Positions 13,571-26,117 of a stretch of DNA of 64,000 nucleotides are shown piece by piece. This DNA is from Trichosphaerium sp. ATCC 40318 (lineage: Eukaryota > Protista > Tubulinea). The DNA is taken from positions 193,651-257,650 of the forward strand of contig JALMLS010000538.1 in NCBI GenBank assembly GCA_038496445.1, read 5' to 3'. Positions within the stretch are counted from its first letter, which is position 1; each line of letters opens with the position of its first letter. Under the pieces are notes generated by a model. It worked only from the letters and a program-made list of their open reading frames with translations. It searched no databases and was not told the origin of the DNA. The position numbers and the translations under genes are program-made.

Positions 13571-13748
13571 GCCACAAGCCACGTTACGTTATATTTTTAT
13601 GCAAAACAAATAAACTGTTCATCCAAAACTTGGCAAATTTCCACGCGCGGTGAAATAACAAAAACAAAAAAAAAACGCTTCAGTTAGCGTTAAATCGCAA
13701 CGCAGTTCGCAAAAAACTTTATTTGAAAATAGACTAAGTGACATAGTC

Positions 13749-14910
13749 CTATTTTTTGTTATTAACCTTTATAGAAACAGCATCAACATCAATAATCATT
13801 TCATCTATTTCTTTATCCATGTCTTCATCAACAACATGCCATCGTTCACTTTTCCCTGTTTCCCCATTCCTTAGCTCAATCCAAAACTTCGAAATGACCC
13901 AATAACGTCCAAACGTCGTTGGCTCATGAGTGATTGCTTAAAAATATGTAAGTTCATGCCACAAGGATAACAAAAAATTATACAAAAACAATCACACATT
14001 TTAGGATCACTAACTTTCACGACATGTCCCGTGCGAACTGATTTCTTTTTTTGGTTTTTTTTGAAATAAAAAATGTCTAATTTCTCTCGCTTACCTCGTA
14101 TTATAACGTTTGCTGTTCCCTTTGATCCTATGATAGGAAACATATATGTCGACGCGATTACTGGACCAAGGCTTGTCATAAGCGTTGCTTCATCAACGCA
14201 CATTTTTTCAATGTTAGGCGTTGGAAAATTGCCAATTAAACGCTCCATTTCGACCCTACTTGTGTCAAAATTAATGCACGTCAATGTACTACGCACCGCT
14301 TATCTTCATAGAGTTTATCGAGTGCATTTGAAACCAATCTTGAAGACGCAGAAAGCGCAGAATTTCTTCTTACCCACACAACTAGTAAGACGATGAGTGG
14401 GAGCGTTGTAAACCAAGAAAAATGTAAAAGTACAATACCTACGAAAATAAAACCGCCAATCAAACCACCAAGGCCCAGTATAGAACCTAGAGTTCTCTTA
14501 GATGCGTAACACGCCTATAAGCTCACCCCATATTTTGAAAGGAATAAAATACATCAAAGTTCCAGTGAGAGTAACGACAGAAAGGTGAAAACGCACTGGC
14601 CACAGCTTTTCAGAATTAAATTACGGTTTAGGCTTAATAAACGCACCAATTCACCTATTCTCTTCCCCACTCGAACTACCCTTTCTGCAGCAGTTTCTTG
14701 TTTACCTGGCAGTAGTTGTGCGAAACGTGTCGCTGTGACTGGTAGGCACAAGCGCGTAACGCTGCGCCGAACAGTGCGGCGCTGTGTAATAGTGTTGTAA
14801 GCGTAGGAACGCACATTAACACGCCTTGAGCAGTGTTTTGGTTTGTTAGGCACAACAGCGACTCGAGGACAAGAAAGAGCGGACACAACAGTGCTACGCA
14901 TAAGGAACAT
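13749..14910 (-). CDS. Predicted mitochondrial membrane protein with a Coa1/Tim21-like C-terminal region, multi-exon
   Basis: Arg/Ser-rich presequence-like N-terminus MFLMRSTVVSALSCPR. Hydrophobic segments IGGFIFVGIVLLHFSWFTTLPLIVLLVVW. Motif TYMFPIIGSKGTANVIIRG. Ends EMIIDVDAVSIKVNNKK*. Confidence 0.5.
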
Positions 14911-14951
14911 CTCGCAACGCGTATATTACATAGTTTTATAGAGTCAACAAG

Positions 14952-14957
14952 TTTATT
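14952..14957 (-). terminator. Probable poly(A) signal (AATAAA) of the H2B variant
   Basis: AATAAA on the minus strand about 35 nt after the stop; no histone stem-loop nearby. Confidence 0.55.
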
Positions 14958-14992
14958 AATATGAAAGGGTTTACGGTAGGTTTTGTTCAGGT

Positions 14993-15361
14993 TTATTTAC
15001 GTAGTGCTGCGTGGCACTTGGTTACGGACTTTGTTCCTTCAGAAACAGCGTGTTTGCCAAGCTCACCAGGCAAAAGTAAACGGACAGCTGTTTGTATTTC
15101 TCTCGATGTGATAGTTTTCTTTTTGTTGTATCGAGCAAGGCGACCAGACTCAACGGCTAGTCGCTCGAAAATATCGGAGACGAAAGAATTCATAATAGCC
15201 ATAGCTTTGTTAGAGATACCGGCTTCAGGGTGTACTTGCTTTAATACCCTGTAGATATACGTTGAGTAAGATTCATAGTTCTTACGTCTACGGCGCTTGG
15301 TGCCTGCATTAGAGGAGGCAGCTGGAGTTTTTTTAGTCTTTTTAGGAGATTTGCGTGGCAT
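14993..15361 (-). CDS. H2B: Histone H2B variant with an SPKK N-tail and a divergent C-terminus
   Basis: Canonical H2B fold [16 protein letters not shown]...[16 protein letters not shown]; intronless. Confidence 0.97.
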   Translation of the reverse strand: MPRKSPKKTKKTPAASSNAGTKRRRRKNYESYSTYIYRVLKQVHPEAGISNKAMAIMNSFVSDIFERLAVESGRLARYNKKKTITSREIQTAVRLLLPGELGKHAVSEGTKSVTKCHAALRK

Positions 15362-15659
15362 GTTGCGGTTAGTGTTGCGCTTGTGATTTGTGGTTTGAAC
15401 AGTAACTTACAAAAAGTAACCGTTAAGCGAGATAATTAGGGCGGAAGTGACGGTTAAACACGGAGCAGACGTAGCTGCTCAAAACAACACAAAAAGAGAT
15501 AGTTTGTAGTTGCATAAAACAAAAGTACAAGTAGCCGTTAGGACAATGTTATCGAGATGTCCAAAAACGGTTTAAAAGACGAAAAAGTGAGGCTAGCGAC
15601 GGTTTAAAACGTGAGACGAAATTGAAAAGTTACAAGAGTTGAGTGTGTAGCGATGAGGA

Positions 15660-15675
15660 GGTGTTAAAAAACACC
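15660..15675 (-). terminator. Histone 3' stem-loop of canonical H2B
   Basis: GGTGTT-TTTT-AACACC: 6-bp stem and 4-nt U loop, 24 nt after the stop. Confidence 0.85.
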
Positions 15676-15699
15676 AAATTGATCATTTTAGAACAAGAT

Positions 15700-16062
15700 C
15701 TACTCAGCCAAAGAGGCGTTGTATTTGGTCACGGCTTTTGTTCCTTCCGAGACAGCGTGTTTGGCGAGCTCACCAGGCAAGAGCAAACGTACAGCAGTTT
15801 GGATTTCTCTTGATGTAATAGTTTGCTTTCTGTTGTAGCGAGCGAGGCGACCAGATTCGAGTGCGAGTTGCTCGAAGATATCGGAGACAAAAGAGTTCAT
15901 GATTGCCATGGCTTTGTTTGAAATACCGGTATCTGGGTGAACTTGCTTCAATACCTTGTAGATGAAGGTAGAGTAGGATTCGTAGTTTCTACGGCGGTTT
16001 GAACCTCCCTTGGAGACTTCAGCTGGGGCTTTGGTTGTCTTAGTAGATTTGCGGGCTGGCAT
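15700..16062 (-). CDS. H2B: Histone H2B
   Basis: Canonical H2B ending [15 protein letters not shown]; intronless; divergent from H2A. Confidence 0.98.
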   Translation of the reverse strand: MPARKSTKTTKAPAEVSKGGSNRRRNYESYSTFIYKVLKQVHPDTGISNKAMAIMNSFVSDIFEQLALESGRLARYNRKQTITSREIQTAVRLLLPGELAKHAVSEGTKAVTKYNASLAE

Positions 16063-16279
16063 TGTTTTGGTTTATCGTTATAGGTTGATTTGCTATTTGG
16101 CGCGACTTATGTTTTTTATAGTAGTCGAATCTGGTTGGTGGTTTTTCTCTAACTCTATTTCTGAAAACTCGCGAATTTTTCAAACCATAAAATTGCTGTT
16201 TGAAAAAAAATCACCAACCAGATTGGAGTTTGCACTTAACCGTTGTAACTCAATAGTACAAAATTAACAAACAACTACC
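16063..16279. promoter_or_regulatory. Bidirectional H2A/H2B promoter
   Basis: 217 bp between divergent ATGs. Perfect 13-bp inverted repeat AATCTGGTTGGTG (16128-16140) / CACCAACCAGATT (16212-16224). Central TCGCGA palindrome. E2F-like TTTGGCGCG at 16096-16104. Confidence 0.75.
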
Positions 16280-16681
16280 ATGTCGAAATCAGCAGGAAAA
16301 GGAGGAAGAAAAGCCGGTGACAAATCTCGTTCATTCAAAGCGGGCCTTACATTCCCAGTCGGTCGTCTCCACAGGCAACTCAAACAAGGACAATTCGCAA
16401 AGCGCGTAGGTATCGGTGCCCCAGTTTACTTGGCAGCCGTCCTCGAATACTTGACCGCCGAAGTTCTCGAACTCGCCGGTAACGCCGCTCGTGATAACAA
16501 AAAAGTCCGTATTGTACCAAGACACGTCATGTTGGCCGTTAGAAACGACGAAGAACTCAACAAGCTCCTCGGAAAAGTAACTATCTCCAACGCCGGTGTT
16601 ATTCCAAACATCCACACCAACCTCTTGCCAGAGAAACAAAAGAAGCAAATGGTTGAGAGTGGTGAATCCCAACTCTACTAA
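16280..16681 (+). CDS. H2A: Histone H2A with an H2A.X-like C-terminal SQ motif (ESQLY)
   Basis: [14 protein letters not shown]...[26 protein letters not shown]...[10 protein letters not shown]; intronless. Confidence 0.98.
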   Translation: MSKSAGKGGRKAGDKSRSFKAGLTFPVGRLHRQLKQGQFAKRVGIGAPVYLAAVLEYLTAEVLELAGNAARDNKKVRIVPRHVMLAVRNDEELNKLLGKVTISNAGVIPNIHTNLLPEKQKKQMVESGESQLY

Positions 16682-16709
16682 GCAACTAGCTTTTACGAGC
16701 TCAAAAAAT

Positions 16710-16725
16710 GGCTTTTTTTAAAGCC
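16710..16725 (+). terminator. Histone 3' stem-loop of H2A
   Basis: AAAAAAT-GGCTTT-TTTT-AAAGCC, 28 nt after the stop, matching the GGYYYT-TTTN-ARRRCC histone stem-loop consensus. Confidence 0.9.
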
Positions 16726-16937
16726 TCTTTCCCCTTGTAACTCTAATTTTAAACGTTTTGTACTCTGTAGCATAAATACTTCAAATTTTCAAAAAATCGC
16801 GGCAAATTGCGTTTAGTACTTTCGCTTTTCATATACTGCAGTAGTTTGCGCTTAGCTTTGTTTTTTACTACGCGTGTAAGTAGAAGATTGATGCCGACTT
16901 AAAAACGTTCTTTTGTGGTTGAATTTACAAGCGTAGC

Positions 16938-18766
16938 ATGTTGTGCCAGGTAGGGTACCCTGTTGAGCATATAACAGGCGTTGTTGACACGGGTAATGTT
17001 AATTTGTTTTCTTTTTGCGTACGCTAAGCCTGTGCGTAGTTGAGGACTACCAACTTGTCGTTACAGCGTCAAATTCGTCGCCTGAAGGCTCTGTAATTGA
17101 TGTGTGGGGTTGGCCGTATGTTACGTCAGACGAAAAGGTGCGTTTCAGCGCTATTTGGCGTTGTACTGTGTCATTTCTTACCATTTAATTTGTAGCCGCC
17201 TATTGTCGATCCTGTAGCTCACTATGTGGAAACTCGTGGCGCTATAACCTGTTTACAGGTACTTTTGGTATTTTACGGCTTTTATTCATCTATTATAGGG
17301 TATGCACTCTTCTGTGCGTACGCTGTTTCTCGTTGGGCTTAATTCTGGACACGTTATCCTACAAGAGCTTCCATTAGAAGATTTGGTACGCTTTTTATTG
17401 ATTAACGCGCTAATCAGCGACTCTAACGCTTATGTAGCACGTCAAAGAGTTGCAAAGTGAAAAATTACATAGTGCTGCCGTATGCGCAATGGATGTTAGG
17501 GTAGATAATAACGTTGGATGCTCTGCGGACGAGAGCGGCAAAGTAATCATCTTTGAGTTTCTAGATCATGGCGTGAAGCGTGGAGATGTTAGAGAATTTT
17601 TTTCAGTGGTTATGACGCTTGGTGCGTTCGTTTGGCTATCAATGCAGTGCTCTTTGGTCGTTTTGGAAGAGATTTTTTTCTTGTTTTTTTGTTTGTTTGG
17701 CTCGTTTTTTGGCTTACGTTGGGTTAGACGTCAGAGCACCTCCTCAGTGTATTCGGTTTATCAATAAGGATACATTGGCTATGTCTATAACGAATGAGAT
17801 TCACTTCTATGACCTATTAAATCCTAAAAAGCCTAGAGCGAAGATACACTGGTACTTTTTTTTTTTTTTTTCAAGAAGCGAATGGTTTTAATTTTTTTTT
17901 GTTGCTTCTGCTGGTTTTATTCACTTGTATGTTAGTGGTAATGACTTGAGTGACTGGGTTTGGTCTTTTGCAATACATCCTGATCGTCAAGATATCCTTG
18001 TTTCTGGTGCAGCCAACGGAAAAATAAGTTTGTTTGACACCCGAGATGCTACATTAATCAGAACACTTCCTTCGCAACATAACTCAATAGGTACGCACTC
18101 TTATTACTATACAGTGTTTAAAAACCCTCATACACAATATATGCCTATTGGCCTACGTTTTCAGGCGAGCCTGTGGGTCTAATCGTGACACTTTGTGTTT
18201 AATCAACTTTTTTTTTTTGACTTTGGCTTTTTTTTCTAGTGTGGGATGTTGCATTTTTCCATGCGTTCCCCGATAAGATTGTATCATGTAGTGACGATGG
18301 TTTCTTGATTTTATGGGATTTTAATAAGGAGCATGCGTTGAGGACTGCTGACCCTTTTAAAGGTGCTGTTGCACCACAAATTATACGAAAAGTGCTTATA
18401 AAGAATGGATTGCCTTTGAACGGTATGGACAGCGCTTGGTTTCCTTTTTGGATTTATGAAGTACTTATAATATGTTATTAGGTATATATGTACCGATGTC
18501 TCGTAATGGCATATGTGTAGCAGCAGAGCAAGGGTTGCTATTTCGAAACAACGTTTTTTGATTTTTTTTATTTGGTGTTGATATTCTCGATTTGTTGTAA
18601 ATTTGAAGAAAATAGAGAAGAATTCAAGATGCAACTCCTGTTTACAATTATTATTCTACTCTCAAACAGTTGAGCATTTGCTTCTGCAATAGCGAGAATT
18701 ATCAGCAATATGATTTCGTACTCTTACATTTTTAATTAGTTACATTGGCATTGTCGCCATGTTTGA
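16938..18766 (+). CDS. NUP43: WD40 protein, Nup43-like nucleoporin (3' end uncertain)
   Basis: SFAIHPDRQDILVSGAANGKISLFDTR...HNSI|VWDVAFFHAFPDKIVSCSDDGFLILWD matches the Nup43 blades HPNQQHVVATGGQDG and MWEVHFHPSNPEHLFTCSEDG. Confidence 0.7.
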
Positions 18767-18889
18767 GCTGCGTGTCAATGTCGCAACTTTTAATACGTTA
18801 CTTGAAATCGCCTTAACGTCTTCCAAGGTTAACATTTCGTGATCCTATGTTTCTCACTTGATGCTGCAGTGTCTGTACCGAGGATCAGA

Positions 18890-21184
18890 GATGGTTTATT
18901 TTGTTTCCTTTTTTATTGGTTTTTGAGATCGTCAGCTACTTTCAAGTCTTACTGTCACGCGAAGATATGAACGTTGCAACATATCTGGTTATTTTTCTTT
19001 CCGTATTCATTTACGTACAGGTATTAACTAGGATTTAAATTAACAAATTAAACAAAATAGGGAAGCACGAGTTATTTTGTTGGGAATGAAAATGTAATTA
19101 ATGGCTACCAAAAGGATGAACAGTATAATCTTGTAGAAAAAGTAGGATCTATAAACGGTATAGCGGCTACATCAAGTTATGTATATTGGACAGATAACGT
19201 ACAAGGTATTGTACGCAGGTAAGCCCCAGAAATAGGAATAACAGTCCTTCGTTTATTAGTTGTTCAAAATTTTGTTTTTTTTTTTGTCCCTACGCTTCGA
19301 CCCACGTGATTTTGATTTCTTTGGTGGTAGCACTCGTTTTCTTTTACACTTCGTAGTTTAATTACCATGTTTTTAATTTATTTTACACGTGGGGTTTTCG
19401 ACAAAATAGAATTTTTTTTTTTTGACTTTACTTCATTCGGCTGTTTAGTGCTAAAGCCAGTTGAGGTCAAATTTAAAGTTTGGAGATATAAAAACTATCT
19501 ACAAGTGCGCTTTGAGGGTATCTTGTGAGCTTGGTCCTATTGCCGCACGTGGTACCACCGCTGTGTTTACTGTTGGCGAAGGGCTATTTGTTTTTCGTGA
19601 AAAAGCATCTGAGGTAACACCTTTGGAGGGATTCAACACTGGAAGACTATTTACTGTTTATGGTACATACATATTTGTAGGTTTTCAATTTGAAATACAC
19701 AAAATTTTTGTGCTCCATAGAAGCAACTCAAAAAAGAAGCAATGTGTTTGTGGTCGGCTTCTAGCATTTTGCAAATGTGCTATTGCCAGCGCTTGTATCT
19801 ATAACCGAAAGGGTCACGCTGCTTCACAAAACTTATAAGGTTTTTACGTCCAAAGTTTTATCTTACTCTTGATAGATATTGCTTTCTTAGGAGAAAGCAG
19901 AATATTTTTAACATCGAATACACCTAATTATGCATTAACAACAATCACGTTGGATTCAGTTGATAACTTTAAAGTTGTTTACACAGGTACGTTTTGTACA
20001 CTGTGGTAAAATGTTAAGATCTCATTATTAGATACTCAGTTTTATGGTATTGCAATACAAGAACAAGAGTTCAAGATACTGTTCAGTAATAATGATATCG
20101 AGAGCGGCCTTATCAGTGGCACAATAGTAATATCAGACGATGGAAAAGCTGCGCAAATACTTGATACAACCACAAAACGATTGGAATTTTCTACATACAT
20201 CGCTTGGAGTATTACTTCAGGCGTTGTTTATGTTGCGCAAAAAAATTGTACTTTCCTTCTTTTTTTTTTTCTTCTTGTAAATTTATCTATGTTGACCTTT
20301 CTTTTTGTTTAGCTGTGTTAACATCCAACGGTGATAATGACTTCACAGATATTGATAGAGTACCTGGGCCAATGGCTATTTCAGGTAATGAACTAACATA
20401 GCTGTGATAAGTGCCTTGATTAATTATTGCTGTAGATGGAGTGTCTGTTGCAACACGTGCACCAACTACTATATCTCGTGTACCAGCTGTTGCGGTGGCT
20501 CCAGTGTTCGAAGTAGGTGTACCATCAGCGACTGCGGTATGCAAAACTACAGGTATAAGTGATGCAGAATGTGTTAACGGAAAGGTCCGTGTTGACAAAG
20601 ATGTTGTTATTGATGATGACACCGAAATTAATACAGACATAGAAATTAATGGTACGTACCAACCAGCGTGCGAGGTATTTTTTCTGATATGTTTTGTAGG
20701 CAACTTTACAATAACCAATTCAAATACTAAGTTGGTAATCAAAGACGGTGGCACGTTAAATATTTCTGGTTGTGCGGATTTCAGTGGTACTTTGGTTATT
20801 GATGGTGATGACTTTTCAGAGAGAGAAATCGCTACTTTTGACTGCCGTGGAAACTCGACGTTTGACGTAATAGAAGTAGCGTATGTGCTAGTCCCTATGT
20901 CACTTATATTTTAATAAGTTATTAGTAATGAAGATTCGTGCAAGGAAGTTACAGCCAGGCAATCGTATTCGGAGACAAAACTGACAGCTACTTTCATTGT
21001 CAGAAATGTATGTGGAGACGGTACTCTGGCTACTTGGCAGCTTGTTGTAATGATAATCGCTGTTACTGTTGTCATAGCTGGTGTTATTGGGGTAGCTGTT
21101 TTTATTTATATGAAGAAGCAAACTGCTAAGAGTGAGTTCATGCATCAAGTTGAAGAACCAATACAAACCGCACAAAAACAATAA
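18890..21184 (+). CDS. Type I membrane surface protein with YWTD-like beta-propeller repeats, a beta-rich juxtamembrane domain and one TM helix (start uncertain)
   Basis: Exon GSINGIAATSSYVYWTDNVQGIVRR. GGTLNISGCADFSGTLVI module. TM segment WQLVVMIIAVTVVIAGVIGVAVFIY followed by MKK; stop TAA at 21182-21184. Confidence 0.6.
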
Positions 21185-21366
21185 TTTCAATTCTCCATCT
21201 TAGTGTTGTTGAAACAGCTGTACTAAAGCACGTGATTCAAAGAGATTTTTTGGAAATAAAGGATGTTTACAAGGAATTTTGTTTTGATGAAGGCACGTGG
21301 GTATCACGTGCAAAATGAAAGGAAGTTAAGGAATTATTCTTTTATTTTATTTTTTCTTGTTTGAGT

Positions 21367-24300
21367 TTATCCAAACGCCACTGCAAAGTCGTTGTTTATT
21401 TTCAATTGTGTTAGTATTCCTTGAGATTCGAACTCATTAAAAAAAGACTTCCATGAGTTTTCAAGTAGTCCAGTAACTTCAGAAATCCTAAAACCAATCA
21501 TCAGTAAACATTTTAAAAGTGAACATAAATTTTGAAAACAAAATGTTCTGTTTGGCTCTAGAAGACTAGTGGAGGGTTAAAAAAATGAGACTTACCAAAA
21601 TTTTCCAGCTACTGCGTTAATAAAGACATCTTGAGCATCACTCTTCGCAGTATTTACAAGAAGCAAATCAGTGCTTGTCAACAGTGTATTGATATCCTTC
21701 AATGCGTTTATCCAAATATTTCTTCTGCACACAGAATTCAAACTGATACTCACTCCTTCAGCTGTTATCTACAACAAGATAAGAACGATATATCCTCTAA
21801 TAGCATTGGTTCTTTGCTGAAGGCTTTGCTTTGACAAATTTTCTAAAGGCACAAGATGCTTCACGTGGCCAAGAGATTTTGGACAAAAAAAAGTTGTTAA
21901 TACTTACCCTTTCATCTAACTTTAGGTTTCCGACTACAGTGCTTATAAAAGAGCATTCTGAAGAGAGTAGCATTGCGTTAAGAACATCAGTGTTGTGGTT
22001 TTTTAGGAAGAGCTAAGCAAGGCAAGTGTTAGTCAAACACGACGTTGAAATAAGTTGTTTTATAAATATGAATGTTTCACGCACTGAGTGAAGGACAGGT
22101 ATCGATGTAGAATTGTACATTGAAACAGCTAAATATGCGGCTTTTTGGTACACTTCTGGTATCTTACTACCACCGCTTTGTTCTTTCCAAAACATTGCGG
22201 AAACTTCTTTGATTATCGCGTCGGTACCTTCATTTTCTTAGTAAGTATTTTTCAATGTTTTTTCGAAGGGCCGAAAAAATCTCGGCATAGCTTGTTATTA
22301 CACTTACCAAAATAAACATCCCAGTAGTATATTTCTGATAGTAGAGATTCAGGTGTATTTTTATGGTTCATCATTGGTTTAAATGCAGTGGTGATAATCT
22401 AAAGTTCACGTTTAGAAGAAGTTTCAGAGAAAATCATCTTTTAACGTACTCTCGCATAGTATGGGAACGATGGTGTCTCGATCAATAGTGGGTGTACAGA
22501 TGCCCATTGTGATACCAATAGAGACCATAACTCAACATCATAGAGAGTTGTGACAACATTAGTTAATTGAACAACAGTCTCAACATCAACATGTCCTGTT
22601 TTCAAAAGGAAGAACATTTGACGGATGAGAAGCTTGTTCTGAACAACGTTTCTATTTTCAAGGTCACCGAAAATAGAGTCCCATAAATCAGGTGAATAGT
22701 TTGTCAACAAATATGCGCTCCAGTTGTAGTTACCTTGAGGACATAATGAGTTAGGATTTCGGAATTTTTTGTTTTGTTTTGTTTTGGACTCACCAATGAT
22801 CAAGTCGGCGTCTTCATTGATTTTTACAGTTATAGGGTCTTTACGTAATTCTATACTCTTATATTCAGTGCTAGGAGCACCTAGTTCACCGATTTGGAGT
22901 GTCATATTAACCCACCATGTTTGTCCTTCCAAGTACCTTCAAACGATTTGTTAGTATGTTTTGTCAAAAAAGACTTTTTTAACGGCTTGTACTTGGATAT
23001 AGGAGACTGAGATATCATTACACTTGTTTTAGATACAGTAGATATTGTTACTACTGGAAAACCTCGCTGATACATCCATGTACCTAAGTAATGAAATGAC
23101 ATCTTTGAAACACATTCAAGATTTTAAAAGAAAATGATTAAAAATCTTCGTACTTAAATCCTCCTTTGTAGTGCCGCCCATCACGTGTTGGAACGAGTCA
23201 AGAAGATCGTCTACAGTAGGGTTTGTATATTTATGAAGCTCCAAGTGGTGTGTCAAGGCTAAGAACAAGTTAGGCAAGTCAACGAATGATCGGAAAAAAA
23301 TCAGGTCAATTATTATATTACCTTTGTTCCAAGCAGCTTCTCCTTTTGTTTCAACAATATATTTGTTTATAGCAGCTCCTTTTCCATAAGCAATATTAGA
23401 GAATCCGTTCTGAGCTGATGATTGGCTACCAAGAACATCCTTTTCAGGCACAGAAAGTGCATGGCTTATACCTGTGGCACGTGTTAGTGACATATTTACA
23501 AGAACGCGAACAGAAGTGAAGCACAAGTTTTTGGATAAAGGCAAAGCATATTATCGAATAACAAAGGGTGAGTTGGTTACCTTTGTAGTCGATTTCCATT
23601 CCAGAGAAGAATGCAAAGTTAAAGAAACTAAGAGGGCTATCAAGGCTGTAAATATCCCATGTTGGATGAAGAGATTTTACAGATGTAAACTGAAGATATC
23701 TCGCGAATCCTTCATGCAAATACACTACGAGGTATCATTATTAGAGGGGTATGTTATATAGATTATATTACCTTCTGACCACCATGGCATCGTAACGGTA
23801 TCTCCGAACCATTGGTGAGACAGTTCGTGACAAGTAACCTGAGCGATGAGTTGTATTTGAGCAAGATTCGGATTTTTTGGATCAGTCAAAAGAAAGTCTG
23901 TAGCATAAGTCACTAATCCCCAATTCTCCATAGCATCATCTACTATTGCAGGACGGCAATGGCGTCAAGTTTCTTCATTGGTGACCAAGGAATAGGCGAA
24001 TATAAAGCTGAAAAAAAATGAACAAAAAAACAGGCTTGATTGACTCTGTCGTACGTGTGAAGTACTCAATGCATCCTACTGTTGATGCTAGTCCGAAAGC
24101 TCCAAGTTTTTTCGCATAGCCACCTGCGGGTGCGTATAGCCTGTAACGGATGTCTTTTGTTTGGTGCTCTATATACTCAAACTTTCCTATAGCAAATGCG
24201 ACGAGGTACACTGACATAGGCATTGGAGATTTTTCAAAAATAAACGTTGTAGTTCCAGCAACTTTTCTAATTTCTTGTTCCTTCGTGTTAAACAATGCGG

Positions 24301-25408
24301 TGTAATTAGTAGGCACTCTAATAATAGCTTGCATATGTGCTTTCATAGCTTAAAATAACAAGTTAGCGAGATACAAAGGTAAAGTCACAACAGCAGAGGT
24401 GAAAGGTTTTGTCACAAAGGCTAGAGTTTGTGGATCTATCTCTGTAGTAACTTGTCGTACCTGGTTCATCGAAACAAGGGAATGCCATGCGGGCGTATAT
24501 TGCTTCAAATTGAGTAGCATACATGTATTCAGATGAAGAGGCTCTTTTTTGTTTTTCTATTTTGTTGTCAATAATTTCTATTTTTATCAGGACAACACGT
24601 GCTTTCTCTTGGTTTATTTGAAGTCCCTGAATAATACGCCATTGCTTGCGTTGCTTCTTCGTCTGACATTTCATCGACGTCAATATCGGTAGAACTCTGG
24701 AAAAATCCTGTAGCGTTCTTGGTATTGATTGTGGCTAAAAATACAAGGTACACGTTAGAACTCATCGAAAGTTTTTCTTTTTTTTTTGTGACGCAAAAAA
24801 ATATCTTCGGACTTACACGTGAACGCAACGATCAATGAGGCAGTGCCTAATTTGATTGGATCCTTAAAAGATATAATAGCGAATTGTCGAATGTTATCAA
24901 GGTCAATTGACTCCGCAGTAATGTAAGGACCTCCTGGTTGATGTAATACAACGTCTTGAGCCAAAATCTTCGGACGAAGTCAGCTTCAAAAAGAAGGAGA
25001 ACAAAAAAACTGGTTTCCGGATCTTTTTCCGATTTTTTTGGAACGACGAATGGAAAAAACGATGTTCGTCTCGGATACGCCTTCTTTTGATGTTTTCGTA
25101 TACGTACAGTAAGTTCGCTTTGATGAAGTACGATACAAGTCGTTTCGACATGGACAGTGATGTTCAGCTGTATTACACCCTGGTACGTTGTGTCTGGGAG
25201 TTTATCTAGCGATAAAGTGATAGTATAGTCATCTGGTGTAACAGATAACGGTAATCTAATGTAAAATCAGTATTAGAATGGTCAGAACAACAGTAAACAG
25301 TTTCTGTAGTCTCACGTGCCTGTACGGAAGAGTTGTATTCATAATACACTTGCTTGCGCATAATAAAGCACATGAAAGTAGTATAATGACACAAAGAAGC
25401 TTTGTCAT
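21367..25408 (-). CDS. Secreted M1 family zinc aminopeptidase (ERAP/APN-like), multi-exon, with an apparent 1-nt frameshift at about 23951
   Basis: Signal peptide MTKLLCVIILLSCALLCA. Motifs YRLPLSVTP, ATQFEAIYARMAFPCFDEP, AMENWGL, HELSHQWFG...HEGFA (HExxH-x18-E), AYGKGA and WMYQRGFPVV. Confidence 0.9.
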
Positions 25409-26117
25409 TGTGGAGAAATGTCGTCAAATGTTTCACTAAATCTTACCGTTTAGGAGTTTGGACGTATTCGTTCAACTTGGCTTAACTGCGATCCGATCTA
25501 TATGCTTTCAGGCTTAGTGTTGTTGGCAGGTATGCCATATAATTGCATTAGCATAGTATGCAAATAAGGCATTCTTTTAGGGTCACGCTTTTGGTAATTA
25601 CTAAATTTAACCATAACAAAAGCAAACTAGGTGAAAAACTGTTATTACTTTATGAATCAATGTCATGTGGTGTACCTTGACGCGTTATGACTATGTCAGC
25701 GCTACTTAATAAACAGTTCTTTTAACCTATTTACATGTCATGCTAGCATATGTGCTTGTGCATACCCTTGTCAATGCGAGAAGACAGGATCTCGGTACTA
25801 ACTAAGTGAAGTTGTTTGCACAATTCCAACGAGTTAAAAGCTTGTCCAGCGTAGACAGAATGATCAAAGTAATCTATCACATGTTTGCTTGGTTGCAGAT
25901 GATAACAAATTGTTGAATATTATTTTACAACGCATGTACGCAACAGGTACAAAAACTTTGTTGTTTTTTTTATTGTTTGACTTATTTTCTTCCCGGTAAA
26001 CTCATGCGACGCCAGTCAAAGCAAAAGTAAAGCAATATCCTAAATATCTGCATTGAATTAATCACGTCTAGTAGCTACATACAAAGGACAAGTCATTTAC
26101 ACAAATAAGAAACGTGT

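Noticed and set aside
14961-16672. ORFs overlapping the histone genes on the opposite strand; possible H3/H4 in the cluster
   Set aside because: The ORFs are antisense shadows, and no H3 or H4 sequence is visible in the window.
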